DNA of 63,805 bases, the filler included, from Dugesia japonica (lineage: Eukaryota), in NCBI GenBank assembly GCA_001938525.1. It is 4 parts of 4 records of this genome, joined end to end, with 100 filler letters (N's around TTAATTAATTAA, not from the genome) between each part and the next. Parts side by side here need not be neighbours in the genome. Positions count along the whole stretch, not along the records: positions 18,400 to 30,078 come from MQRL01583615.1; positions 30,179 to 55,087 come from MQRL01628172.1; 2 more parts are not named here. The stretch is one strand, 5' to 3'. Below the pieces are notes generated by a model that was not told where the DNA came from, searched no databases, and saw only the letters and a program-made list of their open reading frames with translations. Position numbers and translations under genes: made by a program. Position 1 is the stretch's first letter, and each line of letters starts with the position of its first letter. Below, one piece after another: positions 24,464 to 35,072 of the stretch.

Positions 24464-27400
24464 TTAACTTATTTTGCCACATAATTTGCATGGTTTTTTC
24501 CTGCATAGTTTCTTCGTATAATCTGATTCCCCACAATATTCACATAATCTATTCTTCCAACACCAGGTTGCCAGATGACCAAGTTTACCACATTCACTAC
24601 ACTTGTAGTTTTCTCTTTGTTTGGGTAACGTGCGCTGCATTATTACTTCCTCCGTTTCATTCCAGGTTTTTAACAACAATTGAATTGCGAATTTCGTCCT
24701 TTTACTTGTTCTCAGAATTTCGATAGCCTTGACTTGAGGATATTTTCTTCTATTGCTTCTACCAATACTTTTTGTACTGCATTGGTTACCTCTTCCAACT
24801 CGTTTAGTTGTAACGTTAATACCCATAACAGTTCTTCCATCTGATCTGTACGGTCGTTATTTGACGATAGTTCCGACTCTTGATTTGAGTTCGTCCTTGT
24901 TATATAGTTTACTATTTCTGGGCTATATATTTGATTTATTCCGGCTTCCTGTATATTTAGAGTGCCTACATTTGACGCCTGGCCTCTAGTTTTCATTTCT
25001 TTAGTTGTCTTTCTTCCTTTTTTCATTTTTGTTACTACTTCTGTGAAGTCATCTGGTTTTATTGTTTCTACAGTTTCCACCTGTAGCATGCAGATTTTAT
25101 TTGAGTTGGTCACTGCTTTTTCTTGATCTTCTTCTTTACTATGGCGAATTTGTGTTGTTTCTTTCTTAGCCCTCTTACGTTTATTGCTACCATTTTTCCA
25201 TATTGTTAGATCCTAGTAAGCTCAGGCACCTAGCAATAAATATGTTGGGCTGCTAGGCTTTTTGATGTTGTTTGCATTTATATTGATCTTCATTATAACT
25301 CTCGATCTCCACTGTTTCTTCTTTTAAATAATTTTTCTGTCTGGGGGATGATACCCAGCAACCACAGAAATTTATGTTACTCTCTCTGGCAACACGATCC
25401 TCCTTTTCCCCGGATTCAGCGGGACTATGCTGTATCCCGTCTTTGATTTCAATTTCTATCCGGCTCGTATTTTATGAGNNNNNNNNNNNNNNNNNNNNNN
25501 NNNNNNNNNNNNNNNNNNNNNNNNNNNNNNNNNNNNNNNNNNNNNNNNNNNNNNNNNNNNNNNNNNNNNNNNNNNNNNNNNNNNNNNNNNNNNNNNNNNN
25601 NNNNNNNNNNNNNNNNNNNNNNNNNNNNNNNNNNNNNNNNNNNNNNGGGGTAGAAGGAGTTGGATCTTCTTCATATATCTTTGTTAAAAATATTTTAATT
25701 TGTGCAGTTTTAAATGTATCCTTTTCATTTGTTCCCGTAACTGATAGTTTTCTTTGGACAGGATTCTTTCTACCTCTTTATTCCTGGTATTTTCAGAATC
25801 TTTATCTTGTCGTATTTGATACCACTGTACATATTTACTTGGAAAACGGTTTTCTTTGTAATTACAACTTCTTCTGACTTCTGTTGATCCTACAAAGTCT
25901 ATTCTGTGTCGACATAATCTTGCGATATGGCCGTGATTTCCACAGATATAACACACTTTATTTTTTGTTTGATAATCTATAGCTTAGTGCCCTTGTTTGT
26001 TGCAACTGTAACATATTTGTACTCGCTAAACCTTTGGTAATACCTCATTAATTACTAGGCTCTCGGGTACTTTGATTCTTAGCATGTGCAATTTTGTTGA
26101 TTCTTTACTTTAGTTCACACTTTGTGGGTTATGAGCTTCGCTAATTTTGTTAAAGTCTCTTGAATTTTGATCCTTTTCTATTCTGATTCTCTTGAGCAGA
26201 CATCTCTCATCAAGGTGTCCTTTCTTACCGCATTTGCTGCAATATCTGTGCCAACAATTATCCATAGGGTGGTTTTTTCGATCGCAGATGCTACAATAAG
26301 TATATTTGATTGTGCATTGATTAGTATGGTTCTCGTTTTCCAGCAATTTTGCCATCTATTTTTCATATTATTTTGTCTAAATCTTGTTTCTTGACTAGCA
26401 GTTTTCTTTTGTAGAATAAGTCGTTGCTCTGCTAATACTTCACTCATCGCTTCTGCTTTTAATATAGCGGTGGTCAAATGGGGGGGAGTTTACTTGAAGC
26501 TACATGACTTCTTACCAAGGGGTCTTGTAAGCCAGATCTGAAACATCTTATTATCATTGGTTCATTTGTAGGACCTGCTAATCTTGCTAAATCCTTTATT
26601 GCGGCTGCAAACTTCTGAAATGTTTCATTTTTTCTTGTTTTCTTCCTGCAAGTTGTTCAAATCGTCCCCAAATCAGTTTATTTTCTTGTTCTTTTACTGC
26701 TCCTTCTTCCATTGCTTTTCTGATCGTAACTTTTTCTATTCTCTTCAGTTTTTGAATAATGGTTGCCCTGTCTGGTTCTATATGTAGCATATACAATCTT
26801 TCTGGTTCATTATTCTTGGGTAATTTTTTACAAACTTGCCATTTTCCATTCCAACAACGTACCTCTTCATCTTCTTCCATATTATTTCTACTACCTCGAC
26901 ATCCTTTCTTGGGACAATTTAATATTCGGTGATCCATTTTTTGACAATAACGACATATGAGCGCCGGGTTCGGGCACTCTTTCATTTTATGTTTCTTACG
27001 CCCCCATTTTCCACATTTCTTCTTTTTTGATAAGCATTCTGTCGCCGTATGTCTTTTATTGCGACATTTCTTGCAGCGCATGGAATTCTGCACTAAGATC
27101 TTTTTCTCTTCCTCTTGATGTATTCTAATTGCTTCCGTAATTGTTTTAGGTTCTTTTAAATTTGTTGGATTTCTTTACTTTTGATTCCTATAATGTAGAT
27201 TCCGACACACTGATCGCAAGTTTCCTTTGGCCAGGGTACTTTAAACAATCGTTGTCTAAATAGTATGGCATAATTCTGAGCTCACTCCTCGTACTGTTGC
27301 TGACATTGTAAGAGTTCCTTTGACGTTTGTAGAAAGTCTCTTTGTTCTTCAAAACTTTGTTTAAGAAGTAGGTCTACTTCCTTCCATGACTTGTATGGTT

Positions 27401-27584
27401 CATCAGTTTCTTGACTATGTTGTCGGTAAACTTTTAAAGCATTTTCTGTCAGATATAATGCTACTAAGTTGATTTTATCTGTTTCACTATAACCATAGGA
27501 ATTTGCGTAATGTTCGTAGCTCCATAGGAATTCATCCACATAGTCCGGGTTTCCGTCAAAGGGTTTACCCCGGTATCTTTCCAC
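24464..27584 (-). pseudogene. Long Gag-like region: Ty3-type capsid plus clusters of CCHC zinc knuckles (frameshifted)
   Basis: PFDGNPDYVDEFLWSYEHYA...LVALYLTENAL capsid motif; about 10 Cx2Cx4Hx4C motifs in four clusters. Confidence 0.8.
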
Positions 27585-27589
27585 GGGGT

Positions 27590-28510
27590 TTTTTTCTTCT
27601 TTAAAAATAAATTAAACTTTAATTCTGTTTTATCTCTGAACAATTATGCATGACATTAACTATGGCAACTAATCTTGAAATCCTTTTTCGTAACTACATC
27701 ATTAACTATGATAATTAAACTTGAAATCTTATCGTTGTTCATCTATAATGATAGTTATTAAAATTTTATACCCAGATAATTCCTATTTGTTGCAACGAAT
27801 TCCAACTTAAATGTGCTTGTTCCAATGAATGTTTTGTACCTGTAACAACATTTTTCTTACATTCCCAACCATATACTTTTACCGTCTGTATTTATCCTTG
27901 TATCTACTTATTTTGGTTTCAGTTCGTATTTTATTTTAGCCATACCCTGGAGATAATTTCATCTTTACTTCCCCAATCGGGTTTTTTTCAAATTCAACGT
28001 CCTCGTCGAAGTCCTTGAATCTTATTAATTGCATTTTATCTTTGAACAGCCATGCGCGGAATCAACTATAAAATTCCCTTCTTATGAGAAAAATTAAGCT
28101 TTTAATAATTAAACATGAAATTCCCTTTCTTATAAGAGCGTTTAAGCGTGGAACCCTTTTGTGACCACTATGCGTAAACTTAACTATGAGACAATCCTTT
28201 TTCATAAAAACCGTTAAACTTTATCCTTTTTTTATATCTGAACAATTATGCATGAAATTAACTATGAAAAATCCTTTTTTATAAAAGCAATTAAATCCAT
28301 TTTATATGTGAATACTTATGTCTGAATTTAACTATGAAAAATCCCTTTTTTCTTTAAAAAAAATTAAACTTAAATTCTCTTTTATCTCTGAACAATTATG
28401 TATGACATTAACTATGGCAACTAATCTTGAAATCCTTTTTCGTAACTACATCATTAATTATGATAATTAAACTTGAAATCTTTTTTCATATCTGAACAAT
28501 TAACTATAAC
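27590..28510. repeat. Degenerate tandem array with ~140-bp direct duplication (27590-27730 vs 28345-28482)
   Basis: Repeated TTAACTATG...AATCCTTTTT...AAACTT...TCTGAACAATTATG units. Confidence 0.8.
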
Positions 28511-28764
28511 TGTTAAGTAATTTTAAAAATTTGCAAATATTTTTAAAAAAACATGCAATGTTTTTAGTTTACATTTTTTAATGTAAATAATTTATATTTT
28601 TTAAATTACTGTAAATTCGAAGTTTTAGATTTTAAAAAATATATTTTTAATAAATATAATAAATTTGTTTAAATTATTATTCATGTGATTGATGTACATC
28701 ATCTTTATTCACCCAATTTTTCTATGGCCATCTTCTGAATTTTTCACTCTTTTAAAGATTTATA

Positions 28765-29360
28765 TGTAGCGCCTGATTTATGATTGGGACTGTTTCTTTT
28801 CCTAACGGGCCCTTGTGATGCCCTTACTATTCTTCTTTACGAATTGGAGCTTATGTAGTTTTGTTTCATTAACTGGGTGTTTCACCCCAACATTTCTATG
28901 ATTTATTTTATTTAAATAAATAAATTATTTATTTTATTTTCTTCTTAAATATTATTTATATGCTCATTTCTTTGTTCTTATGATCTAAATTTAATTTAAT
29001 TCTGCTGTTTTCTTCTACTAATTAATTCATTTAATTTATTTTCTGTACTTTGATTATTCATTTCTTTCTACTTACTTTCTTTCAGTTAATGAATTACTTT
29101 CTTCTGTTATTAATTGTCTTTCTCAGTCTGTTTGTGCCTTTCAACATTTATTTTCTCTTTTTGCGACTAAATAGGTTACGAATCATCCCCCATATTCAGT
29201 TCCTTAATTTCGGTTTTTTCTTTAATTATTCTTTTAGTTAACTGATCTGACTCCTTCTTATGTCTGTATTCTTCGTTTTCCTTCTTGTGACATTCTTTTT
29301 TGAATTTCGAGTTTACCTATCGCTGGTATATTTTCTATTTTCAGGTGTTTCACCCCAACA
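28765..29360 (-). mobile_element. Putative LTR upstream of the Gag-like region
   Basis: Begins TGTTGGGGTGAAACACC (repeated internally at 28892-28876), ends GCGCTACA; related start at 29908 on plus strand. Confidence 0.5.
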
Positions 29361-29379
29361 GTAATATAAAAATGACAAT

Positions 29380-29666
29380 TATAAATGGATTTAATGATGA
29401 TTGAATGAACAGATTGAAACCAGGCAACGTGATTGTTGTGGATGATTTAGACCAGGAAGCAAATGATTTATTCAAAGACATTGTACTGTAACTGTAATAT
29501 TAATTACTGAAAATCCATTTCATCAAGAAGTGTATCATAGAACACGTAATTTAAATTGACAAAAGTTGGTTCTATTTAAAATTTCAAGAGATAAACAGTC
29601 GTTGATGTTCTAGCAAGAAAGGTTTATTTTATTAATAGAAAATTTCTTATAGATTCATTCAAGGAA
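29380..29666 (+). pseudogene. Polinton/Maverick A32-like packaging ATPase relic
   Basis: VIVVDDL (Walker B)...DLF...VILITENPFHQ...RTRNLN*QKLVLFKISRDKQ..VLARKVY....KFLIDSFKE follows the Polinton ATPase pattern ITQNLFxQ..RxISLNAxYIVLFKNPRD..Q...LARQIY. Confidence 0.75.
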
Positions 29667-29699
29667 AGAGGCATTAACAAAAGCACCGATGTTGAGTTT

Positions 29700-29907
29700 A
29701 CAGATATCAAAAAGATGTTTGTACTAGATACAGATACGAGTTTTGATCCCATAAGAGATTTTTTATTGCATATATATTAAAGAGGACTAGAACAAGTCAT
29801 CACAAATAGGTCATATGCAATGTCAGCTCATGATAAAGGGATATTGTATAACAAGAAAAGAATTATTGGCTATTTACTATTTTCGTAACCATTTTAAACA
29901 TTATTTG
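29700..29907 (+). pseudogene. Gypsy RNase H fragment
   Basis: FVLDTDTSFD...GYCITRKELLAIYYFRNHFKHYL. Confidence 0.85.
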
Positions 29908-30078
29908 TGTTGGGTTGAAACACTTGGTACCGAAAATAAAAATGGCGATAAGTATACTCGAAAAGAAAAGAAAAGAAAGCAAAACACTCAAACCTAAGAA
30001 GAATATAATTCAGTGAAAGAAAGAGATAATGAAAAGGAAAACCAAGATTGGTAATTAAAACCAACGAAATAACCAAAA
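29908..30078 (+). mobile_element. LTR start inserted into the RNase H fragment
   Basis: TGTTGGGTTGAAACAC...GCGATAAGTATACTCGAAA, similar to the reverse complement of 29300-29360. Confidence 0.55.
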
Positions 30079-30178
30079 NNNNNNNNNNNNNNNNNNNNNN
30101 NNNNNNNNNNNNNNNNNNNNNNTTAATTAATTAANNNNNNNNNNNNNNNNNNNNNNNNNNNNNNNNNNNNNNNNNNNN
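30079..30178. other. Artificial contig-joining spacer
   Basis: 44 N + TTAATTAATTAA + 44 N. Confidence 0.95.
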
Positions 30179-30339
30179 ATATAATACATACCTATATATG
30201 TACATACATATACAGGAATTAAATGTATAAAAATATATGAAATAAAAAAATAGCCATTCATTAACCAAATTTTTACGTTACAAAGTTTTATTTATTTGTA
30301 GATATCATAGTGTGAAATTTTTGTTTTCTTAAAAAGTTT

Positions 30340-30389
30340 TTGGCGCCTCCCCTGGCAATAGCCCGCGCCTCCCAGTTTGGAAACCGCTG
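30340..30389 (-). mobile_element. hAT terminal remnant
   Basis: Reverse complement CAGCGGTTTCCAAACTGGGAGGCGCG, a typical Charlie-like hAT terminus. Confidence 0.55.
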
Positions 30390-32447
30390 TATTAGAGTGA
30401 TCTTTTGCAATTTATTTTTCTTTCTCATATCTTCTTTTCCGATCTACACAACCAGATAATAATTTCTTTTTATTGTCTTCAATGTCCATCATGAGACAAA
30501 ATAAAAATAAATTAATAATTTTATATTTTAAAAAAATATAAAATTTAACGGCCAAAGAAAACTTACTCAATTTACATTCACAAATAACTATTTTACTGAA
30601 GAAAATTAATTTTTTTAATGGATATTTGGTGCACCAATACAATTCTTTTAATAAAATACATTAAAGAAACTTCAAAATAAATACATATTTCAAATTTTAA
30701 AGTTTCCACGACAAAAAACCAAATTGTATCAAAACGCCTTCTACGTTATTTTATTTTTTTCAAAGGTTTTGTGATTTTTTTAGTAAACTGATGTTATTTA
30801 ACAATAATATTTAAATTGGCAAATAAAATCAAGTGACATTCAAAAAACACAAAATATTGCATTAAAAAATGTAAAGAAAGCTTATCATCAAAATCATACT
30901 CTTTTCAGACCTGGTCCATAATGAGATTAAAGATCAGTATAAATATCGTAATGTTCCGATCAGCCATTAAACCATTAAAGAAACTAAGAACACAAAAAAA
31001 TTTACATACACCAAACAGACAGACACGTCCAAAAATGTTCATATTTTCGGTTGAGTAGAGTGCTGAAAACTATAAATATCGTGTAATGCCGACTATTGAC
31101 GATTTTCTAATACTCTATAAATATTTTGTGGATTTAAAAAAAAAATTCCAAAAGTACAAAAAAAGTTTTAAACGTTTAAAAAATTTATTTTTGTCAGTAT
31201 AAAAAATTGTAAAATGGATTTTAGGGCCCCAAAAATCTTAGCGCCCTAGGGAGTTGCCTAGTTCACCTATATGGTAGAGCCACCACAGACAACACGTACA
31301 TCCATGTTTATAAACAAGATCGGAATGAAATCTATATGATTCTTTAGACTTACTAGTAGGCAAATAGTGTAGCACTAGCATATTACAATAAGACACTTCC
31401 ATCACCAGCTATTCAAAATTCGAGAAAATATTTAGAATTTTTAGAATTTGTTTATCATTTTTATTATTATCAATAATTTAAAAGCTATTCTAAAGTATAC
31501 AAATTATTATTAATTTAGCACAATTATATGAATTTATATAAACATTAATCTTGTCCATCTTCTTATTAAAGTTTGAATCATGTGTATATCGATTCTATTT
31601 AAAAACAAAAGGTCTGTGTGTGTATTTATATAAATATAAAACAGTAAAGAAAATTCAAAACAGGAAGTAATGTGTGTGTGTGCGTGCATAGGGAGTTCCA
31701 AAAACTGCACTTTCAAAAATCGCGGCTTGCAGTTTTGTTATTTTTAAAACCAGAGGTTAATCGAATACGGTTAAATATATTTTACTTACTCTTATTTTCA
31801 AATTCGAAAGATAGATTTCAAGTTAAATTAACCAACTTCATTAGGTAATAATCTGATCCATTAATTATGTTATAATTATCGCATAAATGCTTATTAAAAT
31901 GCATACAAATGTAATACAAAAAGAATTATACAGGAATTTCAAAGAAATACTAAAAATAGTTGATAAAACTCCTAAAAAAACGAACATAATCAATAAAATC
32001 AGAACATGAAATGAAATAAGTATTAAAAAAATAATAATTTCTCAATTAAATGAAATTAAATCTTAAATTAAATATAAATAATATTAAATTTTTAATTTTC
32101 TATTAATTGTCTTTAAGGAATTTTATCTCGTCAAAAAAGCTGGGATTAATTTTGATAAACTGTGAAAATTGATCAATTCACATTTATGTTAGATTAATAA
32201 ATGCTAAAAAATGAAATAAAATATCAGTTGTTTGAATTTCATCGATTGATAATATTTTTTTCTATATATAATATTTTGAAAGTTACAAAAAAAAACTTTT
32301 AATTTTTAAAATTCTATTTCAGGTCGAATTAAATTAAACAAACTTTCAAGTTTGATACGGACTAGTTTCTTTCATGGAAACTCTCATGTGTGTTNNNNNN
32401 NNNNNNNNNNNNNNNNNNNNNNNNNNNNNNNNNNNNNNNNNNNNNNN

Positions 32448-32581
32448 AGACATAATTTATTTCTATTCATAGGGCTATCTCACTCATATTATCATATTAT
32501 AATATAACCATAATAATATTAATATACAATTAAATCGCTTTCTATTGGCTAAAATTATTAATTAATAATTATTTCCTTATA
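32448..32581 (-). mobile_element. LTR (family of 50356-50526), 3' part lost in gap
   Basis: Reverse complement TATAAGGAAATAATT...TTTAGCCAATAGAAAGCGA.TTAATTGTATATTAATATT...TATGATAATATG.GTGAGATAGC colinear with 50356-50490. Confidence 0.85.
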
Positions 32582-33702
32582 GAGTTATTTTTCATTATGT
32601 TTGTAAATTTGTATGTATTGATTATTGAATAATGTGGTTTAACATTATTATGTAAATTTTATGTAAATTGATTCCTTTTAATTAGAATGGGGGGTTTGTT
32701 TTAATATTCATGCTAATTTGTGTTCGGTATTTAAAAACAACGATGGAAAAAAAATTTGTGCATTAAGAAAGTTTTTCTACCTTATCTTTCTATATAGTGA
32801 TTATTTTTATTATTAATTTATTGAAAGAGAAATCCCACTGAACTCGATAGAATTTCCAGAGAAAGTGTTGTGGAAGCCTCGGTGAATGCTGTGTAAAATA
32901 ATTGTGGGGACGTTTGATTTGAAAATAATTTAAACGTTTTACAAATATTTCAATCTAATCTATAAATTAACAAATAAAATTTTATTAACTAATATGAACC
33001 AATTATAAATTTACTGATTTTCGCTTTTGGATTAAGATTTATCTTTTGATCGGTTCAATTATGATCACAATTTTTTTTTTCTGTTCTTCTAATTCTTCTT
33101 GTTAATTATAAATCTGAAATCTCGGGAAAATAACGGATGTTTTAATTGTTGGTTATTGATAAACATAAAAATTATATAGATTTAGTTAAGACTACCTAAC
33201 TAATTTCTGCCATCAAAATTTTCATTTTAGATTTTGCTTTATTTGAGGAATAGTTTGCTTTAGAGATTGACCAGTCTTTCGGTTTATTATTTTTTTAAAT
33301 TTAAATTTCTATTTAAATTCAGGGCCTATAAAAATTATTGATGAAATTCTTTTCTCAAAAGCATCGTCGTACAACATAGATAAATAATTTTTCTGTAAAT
33401 GGGTTCTAATAACAGGTTCAGTACTATTAAATTATATTAAAGTTCATTATAAAACCACTTTTTCTTGAAAATTAATTTTTCAAAATGAAAAGTACATTAT
33501 CAAAAAGTAAGCTTTTAATAATCAAAATGAATAAAAAGAGACTGATAGGCATTATCACGAAGTGTTACTGACTCAATTGAAAGAAAATTATGAAAACAGA
33601 TAACATTTTTTAAGAATGTTTTCAGTTTTAAAAATTAATATACTTTCAACATTTACAAAAATATTATTTTTATTATTGCTAGTAATAATAAATAAATTTA
33701 TC

Positions 33703-33741
<39 letters not shown>
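33703..33741. repeat. (AAT)n microsatellite
   Basis: Triplet array. Confidence 0.9.
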
Positions 33742-34616
33742 TTATTTAATTCACTAATAGATAATGAGTCACAATCAAGTTTAGATCAACCTACAATATA
33801 AAAATTGAAACAAATTAGAAATTAAAAAATATTTATTAAAATATTGATTATAAATATATAATTTAAAAAATCTTAAGAGATCAATACTTTAAACTTAATG
33901 AGTTTATTATAAGTTTATTGACAACTTGATGACGAGTTATTATTTTCGTGTGAAAATATTTTCTATTCATGCTTGTGTGTCTTAGTAGTATCAGTGTGTA
34001 TTTAATGTGCGTTTGTAAATTGCGGTTAACTATAAACAATTAATTTTTTCTAGACAGATTTTTCAGTATGTTTTAATGAAAATTATAACAAAACTGAAAC
34101 GCAAAATCTACTTAAGAAAACAGTTTTGTCATCAATTCATTTCGCAGCACTAAATTGGATTATGAACAATAATGGAAAAATGCTCAACATAATTCTGAAG
34201 GCATCATCTAAGTAATTAAAAATAAAAAAATAAAAACAGTATCCATCGATAATGATATTTCAAAATGTCTACACGTAATTTCCATAATGAACATTCTAAT
34301 GATATTTACAGCAATTACAAATGTTATTTTATTAGAAGCTTCGTATATTTATTAGGAAATTTTTAGAAGACATTTTTTCATAAGTGCATTAATTATATTT
34401 ATAATTTTCATAATAATATATAATGCTAATTTTACATCACTACTTCGAATAATGAAATACACGAAACAAGAAACATTTGATAATAAATTGATAACCGATT
34501 TAATTGATTTATACATTATTATTATTATTATTATTGTTATTATAATTATTGTTATTATTTTACAATTACAATTATTTCGAGAATAATTGTTGGATATAAC
34601 CATTGATCGTTTTATT

Positions 34617-34805
34617 GAATTTGTTTAAAATAAAAGCCTCGAAATTGAAATTCGATAACAATTCGATATTTCGACCTTGTCTTCGTCAGGAATTGACTTT
34701 CCTGACTAATGGAATTCCTGACAAAGACACGGTCAAAATATCAAATTGTTATCAAATTTCAATTAAAAAAAAAATTTTGATCGAAGCTTTTATTTTAAAT
34801 GAATT
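34617..34805. repeat. Inverted pair of family-A hammerhead-bearing repeats (Penelope pLTR-like palindrome)
   Basis: Arms 34617-34697 and 34712-34805 are imperfect reverse complements. Confidence 0.85.
34659..34695 (-). ncRNA. Minimal type-I hammerhead ribozyme
   Basis: CAAUUC-CUGACGA-A-GAC aag GUC-GAAA-UAUC-GAAUUG: 6-bp stem I, intact CUGANGA and GAAA boxes, 3-bp stem II, palindromic AUAU in place of stem III. Confidence 0.75.
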
Positions 34806-34873
34806 GTTATTATTATTAATATTGTTAATATTAATATTAATTTTTTAATTATTATTATTATTAATATTATTAT

Positions 34874-35061
34874 TGTGAGTATGATATATAATGATAATCA
34901 AATATTGATGTGACTCGTATAAACTATGTTAATTACATAATAGATGTTTCGAATCATTGCATCACTTATATTAACCATATTTAAGAATGCAACTAGTGTG
35001 TAATTGCCACTGTTATTATAATATAATTTTATTAAATGGGATTTAGTTCTCGATACTAATA
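34874..35061 (+). mobile_element. 5' LTR
   Basis: TGTGAGTATGATAT...TACTAATA; colinear with 42250-42461. Confidence 0.85.
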
Positions 35062-35072
35062 TGGCGACCACG
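35062..35072 (+). promoter_or_regulatory. Primer-binding site TGGCGACCACG (complementary to 3' end of tRNA-Arg(UCG))
   Basis: Directly after LTR; eukaryotic tRNA-Arg(UCG) commonly ends ...CGUGGUCGCCA. Confidence 0.75.

Noticed and set aside
31220-31780. GC-richer hAT/MITE-like terminal fragments at 31220-31288 and 31689-31775 (also 12586-12670)
   Set aside because: No partner TIR or TSD found
34120-34215. IHFAALN as ankyrin motif
   Set aside because: Short, no supporting repeat or splice structure
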